Below, piece after piece: positions 12,606 to 20,981 of a stretch of 64,000 nt of DNA. The stretch is from assembly GCA_964455545.1 (NCBI GenBank), contig CAYVWQ010000008.1:5574-69573 (forward strand), written 5' to 3'. The position numbers and the translations under genes were made by a program. The stretch is from an uncultured Thermoleophilaceae bacterium. GTDB taxonomy: Bacteria; Actinomycetota; Thermoleophilia; Solirubrobacterales; JACPNS01. Positions within the stretch are counted from its first letter, which is position 1. Each line of letters starts with the position of its first letter. The notes beneath the pieces were generated by a model. That model was not told the DNA's origin and searched no databases. It was given only the letters and a program-made list of their open reading frames with translations.

Positions 12606-14585
12606 TTACCAGTACACGCCGCGCATCACGTGCGCGAAGGCGATCGCCTCTGGTGTTATCTGGTCGCGGCTGCCCGCGGTGCCCTTGGCGGCTGCGCTCT
12701 CCGGGAAGAGGTTGTATGCGGTGCCGAGAATGCGGTCGGCGAGTTCCGGGGAGACGGCATGGATCACCTCGCCGGTGCGGCCGAGGCCGGTGGTGACCTT
12801 TCTCGGGGTGCCGATCATGCCCTTGATCACAAGGTCGCTGGCCTCTTGCGGCGTGATCATCGGGAAGGCCTTGTAGATCGTCGTCGGCGCCGTCATCGGG
12901 GTCTTGACCAGCGGCATGTAGACGGTGGTGAAGATCACTCCGTCGCCGATCACCTCGGGCTGGGCGCAGCGGCTGAACGCGTCGAGCGCCGACTTCGAGG
13001 CGACGTAAGCCGAGAAGCGCGGCGGGTAGGCCTGTGCACCGATCGAACTGATGTTGATGATGCGGCCGTACTTGCGTTGGCGCATCCCGGGCAGCACGCT
13101 CATGATCATGCGCAGCGCGCCGAAGTAGTTGAGCTGCATCGTGCGCTCGAAGTCGTGGAAGCGGTCCTGGCTGCTGGTGAGCGAGCGGCGGATCGAGCGG
13201 CCGGCGTTGTTGACGAGGATGTCGACGCGGCCGTGCTTGGCGATGATGTCGTCGATCACGCGCTCGCAGTCCTTGATGTCTGAGAGGTCCGCGGTGAAGA
13301 CATCGGCGTCGCCACCGGCGTCGATGATCTCGTCCTTGATCACGTCGAGCTTCGACTGTGTGCGGGCGACGAGGATGACCGTGGCGCCGGCCCTGCCGAC
13401 GCGATGCGCGACGACCTCGCCGATTCCGCTCGAAGCGCCGGTGATCACGACGACCTTGCCGTTGACCGAGCGGAAAAGCTTGCGGTTGGCGACAGCGGCG
13501 TCGCTGAAGTTGCGCTCCCAGTAGTCCCAGAGGGTTTTCGCGTAGCGCTCGAGCGGCGGCACCGAAAGCCCGGAACCGTCGAGTTCCTTGAGCGTGTCCG
13601 AGCAGTCGAAGCGGGTCGGGTTGTCGAGGTAGGCGACGAACTGGCGCGGCAGGCCGATCGTCTTGAGGACTTCATCGCCGAGAACCTTGGTGGCCGGAGT
13701 GAGCTCCGAGGCGCGCAGCAGCAGGCGCGGAGTGCTCTGGATCACCGGGTTGGCGGTGCGCAGCGAGAATGACGGCGCGCCGGCGGCGTTGGCGAAGATC
13801 GAGATCGCCTCGCCGATGCTCGGCGGGTACGGATCGACGAGGTGGAAGGCGCGACCGTCGAGGCCGTCCTTGTGCATCAGGTGGTCGATCGCGCCGGCGA
13901 CGAAGTCGACCGGCACCATGTTCGCGCGGCCGCCGACGATGCCCGGAGTGGGCAGCCATGCGGGAAGGTTGTTCGAGGCGCGCTTGATCCACTTGAAGAG
14001 CAGGTAGGGCCCGTCGATCTTGTCGATCGCGCCGGTGCGCGAGTCGCCGACGACGACGGCCGGGCGGTAGACCCGCCACGGTCCGTTGACCTCTTCTCGG
14101 ACGATCTGCTCGGACTCGAACTTCGTGCGGTCGTACGGGAACTCCAGGCGCTGGCCGGCTTCGAACATGTCCTCCTTGAAGACGCCGTTGTAGCGGCCGG
14201 CGACGGCGATCGAGCTGACGAGGTGGAACGTCGCGTGGTCGAGCGAGTTCGCCAGGCGCACCGCGTTGATCGTGCCGCCGACGTTGGTCTCGCGGTTCTG
14301 CTGGGCGCTCGCGGTGATGTCGTAGATCGCGCCGAGGTGCAGGAAGTGGTCAACGCCCTTGATCCGCTCCCGGTCGGCCTGCGAGAGGCCGAGGTTCGGT
14401 TCGGTGATGTCGCCGCTGACCTGGACGATCCGGCCCTTCGGCGCGCCGAGGCGTTCGATCACGGCGTCCATGCGCTCCTTCGACTGCGGACGGACGAGCA
14501 CGTAGATCCGGCCCTTTCGTTCGAGCAGCCGCTCGAGGACGTAACGACCGATGAATCCTGTTCCGCCGGTGACGAAGTAGCTCAA
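12606..14585 (-). CDS. Two-domain SDR, fatty acyl-CoA reductase-like
   Basis: N-terminal TGGTGFIG NAD-binding-4 domain with YDRTK; C-terminal ITGASSGIG SDR with NNAGRSIRR and YVASK. Confidence 0.85.
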   Translation of the reverse strand: MSYFVTGGTGFIGRYVLERLLERKGRIYVLVRPQSKERMDAVIERLGAPKGRIVQVSGDITEPNLGLSQADRERIKGVDHFLHLGAIYDITASAQQNRETNVGGTINAVRLANSLDHATFHLVSSIAVAGRYNGVFKEDMFEAGQRLEFPYDRTKFESEQIVREEVNGPWRVYRPAVVVGDSRTGAIDKIDGPYLLFKWIKRASNNLPAWLPTPGIVGGRANMVPVDFVAGAIDHLMHKDGLDGRAFHLVDPYPPSIGEAISIFANAAGAPSFSLRTANPVIQSTPRLLLRASELTPATKVLGDEVLKTIGLPRQFVAYLDNPTRFDCSDTLKELDGSGLSVPPLERYAKTLWDYWERNFSDAAVANRKLFRSVNGKVVVITGASSGIGEVVAHRVGRAGATVILVARTQSKLDVIKDEIIDAGGDADVFTADLSDIKDCERVIDDIIAKHGRVDILVNNAGRSIRRSLTSSQDRFHDFERTMQLNYFGALRMIMSVLPGMRQRKYGRIINISSIGAQAYPPRFSAYVASKSALDAFSRCAQPEVIGDGVIFTTVYMPLVKTPMTAPTTIYKAFPMITPQEASDLVIKGMIGTPRKVTTGLGRTGEVIHAVSPELADRILGTAYNLFPESAAAKGTAGSRDQITPEAIAFAHVMRGVYW

Positions 14586-14617
14586 GTGGTGCTCCTTGGG
14601 GGGATCAAGCGAGCCTT

Positions 14618-14636
14618 GAGAATAGTCATGATTCTC
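14618..14636. promoter_or_regulatory. Palindrome GAGAAT-N7-ATTCTC upstream of the reductase (Fur-box-like geometry)
   Basis: Perfect 6-7-6 inverted repeat overlapping a minus-strand TATTCT -10 candidate. Confidence 0.35.
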
Positions 14637-14669
14637 GCCGCCGTGTGTGCGCCGGCGGACACAGAGCGA

Positions 14670-15425
14670 CTAGATCGGGTTTGGGATGTCGACGAACTCG
14701 ACGGCGACGCCGAATTCGTCGGCGACGAGTTCGCCGATGCGCTTGATTCCGAGCTTCTCGGTCGCGTGGTGGCCGGCTGCATAGAAGTGGATGCCGAGCT
14801 CTTTGGCGGCAGAGTTGACGCGCTCGGCCGGCTCACCGGTGATGAACGCGTCGCAGCCGGCCGCGGCCGCCTCTTCGATGTGATCGGGGGCCGAACCGGC
14901 GATCACGGCGACGCGCCGGATCTCGTCCGGACCGAAGTCGAGGTGCAGTGGCTGTCGCCCGAGGCGTTCGAACAGCAGGTTGGCGAGGCCGGGGCCGTTG
15001 ACCGGCGCGGCGAGTTCGCCGACGTATCCGATCGGGCGACCCTTGTAATCGCCGAACGGCTCCGCGACGGTCATGCCGAGATCCTGGATCAGCAGCGCGT
15101 TGTTGCCGAGTTCGCCGTGCGAATCGAGCGGAAGGTGGTAGGCGACGAGGTTGATGTCGCTGGTCAGCAGTGCGCGCAGGCGGCCGGCCTGAAGTGGACG
15201 CAAGCGCCCTGCGTCGCCCCAGAAAATGCCGTGGTGCACAAGCACCATCTCGGCGCCGCGTTGATCGGCGATCTCGAACAGTTCGCGAGTTGCGCTGACG
15301 CCGGTGACGACGCTGGAGACCTGTTCCGCGCCCGGCACCTGGAGTCCGTTGGGCCCATAGTCCGGGTAACCGGGCGAATCGAGCAGCCGGTCGAGGAATT
15401 CGACGATTTGATCGCGCTCGGCCAT
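14670..15425 (-). CDS. Nif3-like dinuclear metal centre protein
   Basis: DYGPNGLQV, VHHGIFW, AYHLPLD, ITGE and AGHHATE motifs; ATG at 15425 with TAGGAT 8 nt upstream. Confidence 0.93.
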   Translation of the reverse strand: MAERDQIVEFLDRLLDSPGYPDYGPNGLQVPGAEQVSSVVTGVSATRELFEIADQRGAEMVLVHHGIFWGDAGRLRPLQAGRLRALLTSDINLVAYHLPLDSHGELGNNALLIQDLGMTVAEPFGDYKGRPIGYVGELAAPVNGPGLANLLFERLGRQPLHLDFGPDEIRRVAVIAGSAPDHIEEAAAAGCDAFITGEPAERVNSAAKELGIHFYAAGHHATEKLGIKRIGELVADEFGVAVEFVDIPNPI

Positions 15426-15479
15426 AAGTCGGGATCCTACGCAGCTTCGACGCGTACACATCGGTAACCTCGCCTCTCG

Positions 15480-15758
15480 ATGGCAAAGCGCAAGAAGCCG
15501 CCGGAGGGGAACCGGGACTACGGGATCGACTACGCGACCTTCGCGGAGTCGATGATGGACACGTCGCTGTACGGCGTCGGCGCGTATTTCTGCGACCAAC
15601 ATCCCGACCTCGTCGACGACGTTCTCGCCGAGTCCGACGCGATCGAAAGCGTCGGACTGCAGGCCTACGCCGCCGCGAACGACCTGACCTTCGACGCCTG
15701 CCTGCAGACCCTGTTGACCGGCCTCGCGGTCCGCTACTACAAGGCGATCGTCGGCTGA
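15480..15758 (+). CDS. Hypothetical protein (92 aa)
   Basis: Coding-like GC3 pattern; its stop overlaps the ATG of the downstream dehydrogenase. Confidence 0.75.
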   Translation: MAKRKKPPEGNRDYGIDYATFAESMMDTSLYGVGAYFCDQHPDLVDDVLAESDAIESVGLQAYAAANDLTFDACLQTLLTGLAVRYYKAIVG

Positions 15759-16804
15759 TGCTCGCCGTGACTTACCAGGGCCCGGAGCAGATCCGGGTCG
15801 AGGATGTGCCCAAGCCCGGCCTCGAGGCCCCGACCGACGCGATCGTGCGCGTCACGACCTCGGCGCTGTGCGGCACCGATATGCACATCTACCACGACAA
15901 GATTCCCAACGTCCCGGCCGGCTGGATCGTCGGGCACGAGTTCTGCGGCGTCGTCGAGGACGTCGGCGACGCGATCACCGAGTTCAAGCCCGGAGACCGC
16001 GTGGTCAGTGCGATGTACGTCGCCTGCGGCCGCTGTCCCGCGTGCGTCTCCGGCGACCATCGCCGCTGTGCGAAGTTCCAGATGTTCGGCATGGGGATCG
16101 CCTTCGGCAACCTTCCCGGCGGCCAGGCCGAGTACGTGCGCGTCCCGCTTGCCGACATGACGCTCCGGGCGATCCCGAAGGACCTTTCCGACGAGTCGAC
16201 GATCTTCACTGGCGACATTCTCGCCACCGCGTTCACGGCCCTGCGGCAGTCCGGCATCCAGGAGGGCGACACGATCGCGATCATCGGCGCCGGCCCCGTC
16301 GGCCAACTGCTGGCGATGTGCGCCCCGACTTTCGGAGCCGGTCTCGTGTTCGTGATCGATGTTGTCGAAGAACGACTGGCCGAGGCCGCGAATTTCGGCG
16401 CGATCACGATCGACCCGCGCGAGCAGGATCCGCGCAAGCTGATCAAAGAGATGACCGGCGGGTTGATGTGCGACGCGGTTTTCGAGGCCGCGGGCAACGA
16501 GCCGGCGATGAAGACTGCGTTCAGCCTGCCGCGGCCCAACGGCGCAGTCGTGCTCGTCGGGATGTTGGTCGACGAGCACTTCCCGCTGACCGCGGGCGAC
16601 CTGTGGCTGCGCAACACCAAGGTGATTCCGGTCCTCGGCGCACCGTACAGTCACCGCGACGAGCTTCTGCGGCTGATCGCCGCAGGGAAGATCGACGCGG
16701 CGCAGATCATCACCGACAGGCTGCCGATGTCCGGCGCCGCCGAGGCGTACGCTGCATTTGACCGCAAAGAACTGCAGAAGGCGATTTTCGAGGTGACAGG
16801 GTGA
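15758..16804 (+). CDS. Zn-dependent alcohol dehydrogenase (MDR family)
   Basis: CGTDMH, GHEFCG, CGRCPAC..C structural Zn site, GAGPVG. Confidence 0.93.
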   Translation: MLAVTYQGPEQIRVEDVPKPGLEAPTDAIVRVTTSALCGTDMHIYHDKIPNVPAGWIVGHEFCGVVEDVGDAITEFKPGDRVVSAMYVACGRCPACVSGDHRRCAKFQMFGMGIAFGNLPGGQAEYVRVPLADMTLRAIPKDLSDESTIFTGDILATAFTALRQSGIQEGDTIAIIGAGPVGQLLAMCAPTFGAGLVFVIDVVEERLAEAANFGAITIDPREQDPRKLIKEMTGGLMCDAVFEAAGNEPAMKTAFSLPRPNGAVVLVGMLVDEHFPLTAGDLWLRNTKVIPVLGAPYSHRDELLRLIAAGKIDAAQIITDRLPMSGAAEAYAAFDRKELQKAIFEVTG

Positions 16805-17490
16805 ACGACGGTCAACCGGTTGAGAGCAACGAGGTCACCACGCGACAGCGGCTGTCGCGTGGCGAGCGCTACGAGCTGATCCTCGAGGACGCGATCGATG
16901 TCTTCGGCAGCCGCGGCTACCACAACGTCTCGATGGACGACATCGCCGAGGCCTCCGGGGTCTCGAAGGCGCTGGTCTACCAGCACTTCGAGAGCAAGGA
17001 CGAGCTTTACATGGAGGTGATGCGCTCGTTCCAGCACAAGATCGCCGAGACCGTGCTGCCGGCGTGGGCCGAGGACAAGCCGCAGCAGGAGCGCTTCTGG
17101 CGCGGTTTCGTCGCTTTTTTCACCTTCGTCGAGCAGAACAAGCAGGCCTGGGGCGTGCTCTACCGCGACGCGGTCGAGATCGACGACTCGATGATCAAGG
17201 GGATCCACACGCTCAACGCCGAGCTCGCCGAAACGATCGCCCAAGTGTTCATCGAGGACCTAGAATCGCGCGGTGACTCATCGCCGATTCTCACGCAGTA
17301 CGCCACCGCCGCAGGCCACGCCGTCGTCGGGGCCTGCCACGCGCTTGCTGACTTCTGGCTGGAGCACCCCGACGAGACGGTCTTCCGCATGGCGGCGACC
17401 GCGATGGCTGTGCTGTGGCAGGGCTTCGGCCGTCTGATCGACGAGGGTCAGCCTTGGATCCCGAGCCAGGAGATGCTCGAAGGACTCTGA
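16801..17490 (+). CDS. TetR-family regulator
   Basis: HTH SMDDIAEASGVSKALVYQHF. Confidence 0.93.
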   Translation: MNDGQPVESNEVTTRQRLSRGERYELILEDAIDVFGSRGYHNVSMDDIAEASGVSKALVYQHFESKDELYMEVMRSFQHKIAETVLPAWAEDKPQQERFWRGFVAFFTFVEQNKQAWGVLYRDAVEIDDSMIKGIHTLNAELAETIAQVFIEDLESRGDSSPILTQYATAAGHAVVGACHALADFWLEHPDETVFRMAATAMAVLWQGFGRLIDEGQPWIPSQEMLEGL

Positions 17491-17506
17491 TCGCCCGGGT
17501 GGGCGC

Positions 17507-18646
17507 TCAGCTCATCCGCGCGTCGCTCTTCGCCGACTTGAGCGCCGCGTCGGCGAGCTTGACGAGCTGCTCCGGTGTCTGTCCGGGTTGCCACTCGACC
17601 ACGCCGACGCTGGCGTCGGGCGAGACGTCCGGGCACAGGCGCAGCCGCTCGCGACGAACCACTTCGCGGATCCGCTGGGCGAGGCGCAGGGAGTGCGCCG
17701 AGTCGGCGCCGACCGCGATCACAGCGAATTCGTCGCCGCCGCGCCGGGCGAGCAGTTCGTTCGAGCGCACCACGCCGTTCATCGCCTGTGCGCTGGCGGC
17801 GAGGACCGCGTCGCCGAGGGTGTAGCTGAACTCGTCGTTCACGCGTTTGAAATCGTCGAGGTCGATCATCAGCATCGTCAGCGGGCCGCCGCTGCGCTCG
17901 GCCCGGTTGATCTCAGTCGCCAGACGCTCGTTGAACTTGCGCAGGTTGGCGACGCCGGTGAGCGGGTCTCGCCCGGCGATCGCAACGTTGTGGATGATTC
18001 CGTCCTGAATGCGCTTGCGGGCGACCATCAGCATCGCCGCGCCCATCAGCGTGAAGAAGAGGATGTTCAGCGACACGACCTTGCCGGTCTCGGTGCCAGA
18101 GGTCACGAACGCGACCGTGATCATCACCGCAGAGATCACCGCGAGGTGGAACGCCGCCTCCTTGAACACCATGTAAAAGGCCGCCGCCATCGCCGGCGCG
18201 AGCAGGTACGGCAGGATGATCGGTCCGAAGCTGCCCGACTGCAGGGACGACACGGAGATCAGCAGCGTGCCGACTCCGACGATCATGTTCATCCACGGCA
18301 GCGCCGGCTGGTCCTTGGCGGCCATCGTGAGCCAGAACACGGTCATCAGCAGGGCGGCGATTGCGATCGCGTAGTTGAGCGGCGTCAACGCCTCGGCCGG
18401 GATCTCGACGCTGTCGGTCGCCGACGCGAGCAACATGCCGATCAGCGTCAGCCCGCCGGTGAGGCCGTAGAGCATCGCCGCGCCGAACCAGAAGACGTTG
18501 CGGTGTACGCGCAGGCGCTCGTCGGTGACGAGGATGTCCGGCTCTCCGGGGCGGCGCATCGGCCGGTAGACGTTGTCGGCGCTGTGGCGCATGCCCCAGT
18601 CGGAGAGGGCCTTGCGCAGGCCGTGCTTGCGGGTCGGGCCGCTCAT
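17507..18646 (-). CDS. Membrane-anchored GGDEF-domain protein
   Basis: About 6 TM segments, DPLTGVAN, IDLDDFKRVND, RRGGDEF; start MSGPTRK gives an ATGA overlap with the upstream gene. Confidence 0.9.
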   Translation of the reverse strand: MSGPTRKHGLRKALSDWGMRHSADNVYRPMRRPGEPDILVTDERLRVHRNVFWFGAAMLYGLTGGLTLIGMLLASATDSVEIPAEALTPLNYAIAIAALLMTVFWLTMAAKDQPALPWMNMIVGVGTLLISVSSLQSGSFGPIILPYLLAPAMAAAFYMVFKEAAFHLAVISAVMITVAFVTSGTETGKVVSLNILFFTLMGAAMLMVARKRIQDGIIHNVAIAGRDPLTGVANLRKFNERLATEINRAERSGGPLTMLMIDLDDFKRVNDEFSYTLGDAVLAASAQAMNGVVRSNELLARRGGDEFAVIAVGADSAHSLRLAQRIREVVRRERLRLCPDVSPDASVGVVEWQPGQTPEQLVKLADAALKSAKSDARMS

Positions 18647-19794
18647 TCGCTGACTCCGTCGGTCAGGTCGTCGAGTTTGCGCTGGCGCCACGACCAGCGC
18701 TCGATCTTCGCCCGTGACTTGGCGTCGTGCAGCGCGCGGTCGGCGCGCGCGAGCAGCCGGCCGACCGAGTCGCCCTCGACGTTTGATGCCGAGCCGACGG
18801 TCACTCCGGAGCGTGGACCCGGCAGCAGGTCGACGCGGGCGTCCGAAACGTTGTGGCTGACGCGGCGGATCAGCGTCGAGACGTCTTCGGGGTCGGTCGC
18901 ACGGGTGACGATCGCGAACTCGTCGCCGCCGCGGCGCACGACCAACTCGTCGCGGCGGACCGTGTCGCTCATTGCGCGGGCGACGGCGCGCAAGGTCTCG
19001 TCGCCGACCGAGTGGGAGTACTCCTCGTTGACCGACTTGAAGCCCTCAAGGTCGAGCATGATCACAGTCACGCCGGCGCCTCCGCGCTCGAACTCGCGCA
19101 GGCCGAGGTCGACCCGCTCGTACAACGGCCGCAGGTTGGCGAGGCCGGTCAAGGGGTCGCGACCGGAAAGGGCCGCAGCCTGACGACCGATCCGATCGAG
19201 CTCGAGGCGTACGTAAAGGGTCAGCCCGGCCGTGGTCACGAGCGAGACGATCGCGATTACACCCGGGATGATCCCGAACTCCTCGTCGACGTGGCGGAAG
19301 CTCGCCCAGAGGATGAGAGTGATCGAGAGCCCGACGTAGAAGAACAGGGACTTTGATGGCAGGAACAGCGCGACGTAGATCAGCGGCACCAGGTAGACCA
19401 TGCCGAGCTGCGACTGCACCTCGGGCGCGTCGGAGAACATCACGGCGAGGATCAAGTACGACAGCAGGACGCCGATGTGGAGCAGCTTGGGGCTCGCGTT
19501 CAGCTCGCCCAGCCACCACCAGACTCCGCTCATTGCGATCGCGAAGAGCGACAGGCCGATCGTGATCCCCTCGTGGCCGACGTGGGTGTCGATCAGTCCG
19601 ACCGCGAGCTCGAACAGCGCGCCGACACCGGCGACGACGAAGAGCACGGCGGCAGTGCGCCATGCGATTCTCGTACCGAGCGTGTCGTCGACATCGCCGG
19701 CGCCCGCGAACAGATTCTCGGTTGAGGGGTCCTCGACTCCGTGCGGCCGTTCAGGCCATCCGGAGTCACCCTCGATGGTGGTTTCGGGGGTCAT
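18643..19794 (-). CDS. Membrane-anchored GGDEF-domain protein
   Basis: About 6 TM segments, DPLTGLAN, LDLEGFKSVNE, RRGGDEF. Confidence 0.9.
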   Translation of the reverse strand: MTPETTIEGDSGWPERPHGVEDPSTENLFAGAGDVDDTLGTRIAWRTAAVLFVVAGVGALFELAVGLIDTHVGHEGITIGLSLFAIAMSGVWWWLGELNASPKLLHIGVLLSYLILAVMFSDAPEVQSQLGMVYLVPLIYVALFLPSKSLFFYVGLSITLILWASFRHVDEEFGIIPGVIAIVSLVTTAGLTLYVRLELDRIGRQAAALSGRDPLTGLANLRPLYERVDLGLREFERGGAGVTVIMLDLEGFKSVNEEYSHSVGDETLRAVARAMSDTVRRDELVVRRGGDEFAIVTRATDPEDVSTLIRRVSHNVSDARVDLLPGPRSGVTVGSASNVEGDSVGRLLARADRALHDAKSRAKIERWSWRQRKLDDLTDGVSE

Positions 19795-19830
19795 GCGTTA
19801 TTGAGTTGAAGGAGAGAGAGTCCTTCGGGG

Positions 19831-19858
19831 GTATCGGCCTCTACCGCAAACTGGTTAG
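19831..19858 (-). promoter_or_regulatory. Sigma-28 (FliA/SigD/WhiG)-type promoter candidate for the GGDEF pair
   Basis: Minus strand reads CTAA-N16-GCCGATAC, 36 nt upstream of the ATG. Confidence 0.55.
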
Positions 19859-20052
19859 CCAGTAGGGGTTTGACTGGCCAGATGACGTAAGGCTCTGAAG
19901 ATGTCCTGTCGCGGGTCTGCCGGGCCGTGAGCCGTGCTCACGTGCGCTCACCCATCCGCACGCGGAGTTACCCGCGCGCCGGGAAACTACCAAAAACAGG
20001 CAACTACCCCTCAAGGTGCTCGAACAGGAGTTGAGTTAGCTCACGGTCGGGC

Positions 20053-20081
20053 AAAAAAAGAGGAAGCCGACGGGCTTCCTC
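20053..20081 (-). terminator. Intrinsic terminator downstream of tRNA-Pro and its repeats
   Basis: Minus strand GAGGAAGCC-CGTC-GGCTTCCTC followed by TTTTTTT. Confidence 0.85.
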
Positions 20082-20100
20082 GTGGTCGGTAGAACTGAAA

Positions 20101-20317
20101 TCGGGGCGCCCAGATTTGAACTGGGGACCTCACCGACCCAATCGGCGCAGCGCGCTAGCGCGCGATGGACCGACTTCGAAAGAAAAACATCGGGGCGCCC
20201 AGATTTGAACTGGGGACCTCACCGACCCAATCGGCGCAGCGCGCTAGCGCGCGATGGACCGACTTCGAAAGAAAAACATCGGGGCGCCCAGATTTGAACT
20301 GGGGACCTCACCGACCC
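20101..20317 (-). repeat. 89-bp tandem repeat (two identical full copies plus the 39-bp tRNA 3' part) built from the 3' half of tRNA-Pro
   Basis: tcggggcgcccagatttgaactggggacctcaccgaccc begins at 20101, 20190 and 20279; the 50-bp linkers are identical. Confidence 0.95.
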
Positions 20318-20352
20318 GAACGGTGCGCGCTACCAGGCTGCGCCACGCCCCG
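20279..20352 (-). tRNA. tRNA-Pro (anticodon CGG), CCA not encoded
   Basis: Reverse complement CGGGGCG TGGCGCAGCCTGGTAGCGC G CACCG TTCGGGT CGGTG AGGTC CCCAG TTCAAAT CTGGG CGCCCCG A folds as a cloverleaf. Confidence 0.97.
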
Positions 20353-20390
20353 AATGCGTCGGCAATTATCGCAGACTTCGAACGCGCCGC

Positions 20391-20981
20391 TCAGGAACGC
20401 GGACGAAGCGCGTCGAGCAGGATCTCGCGGTAGCGAAGGGCCGGGTCGCCATCGGTCGTCTCCTCGTCGCCGGCCGCGATCCGCGCCGACTCGGTGAAGC
20501 CGGCGGTCAGGCTGTAGAAGTCCTCGGTCGAGAGCTCTTCGCGCAGCAGGCCGGCCTCCTTTGCCTTGTCAAGCAGCGTGCCGGTCAGGTCGAAGGCCTG
20601 CATCTTGCAGTCGAGGAGCTCGGGCTCATCGAGGATGCGCTCGCGGAAGGCCTCCATCTGACCTCTGTCGTAGTACGAAAAGCGCAGCACCTCGTCGATG
20701 AACTCGCCGAACGCCTGCTCGATGTCGGGCGCGCTGATCGACTCGCGCACAACTTCCTGCCAACGCAGCAGCCGCGATTCGACGATCGCGCGGATCAGGT
20801 CCTGCTTGGTCGGGAAGTTCCGGAAAAGCGTGCCGGTGCCGACGCCGGCGCGCCGCGCGATCTCGGCGACGCTGACCTCGAGGCCGTGGTCGCGGAACGA
20901 ATCCGTGGCGGCCTCGATGATCAGCTGCCGGTTGCGCAGCGCGTCGGCGCGCGGGCGCCGGGTGGCGGGGGCGTCGCTCAT
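20391..20981 (-). CDS. TetR-family regulator
   Basis: RADALRNR...SVAEIARRAGVGTGTLFRNFPTK; 4-nt overlap with the MFS gene. Confidence 0.93.
   Translation of the reverse strand: MSDAPATRRPRADALRNRQLIIEAATDSFRDHGLEVSVAEIARRAGVGTGTLFRNFPTKQDLIRAIVESRLLRWQEVVRESISAPDIEQAFGEFIDEVLRFSYYDRGQMEAFRERILDEPELLDCKMQAFDLTGTLLDKAKEAGLLREELSTEDFYSLTAGFTESARIAAGDEETTDGDPALRYREILLDALRPRS

Noticed and set aside
19860-20050. c-di-GMP riboswitch upstream of the GGDEF genes
   Set aside because: A GCGGAGTTACC-like fragment is on the wrong strand and the GGCAAA/GACGCAAAGC core is missing
20101-20317. CRISPR array (39-bp repeats, 50-bp spacers)
   Set aside because: The spacers are identical, the repeat is the tRNA-Pro 3' end, and no cas genes are present
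20082-20497. Small ORFs with repeated peptides (IGAPRFELGTSP...)
   Set aside because: They are translations of the tRNA and its tandem repeats
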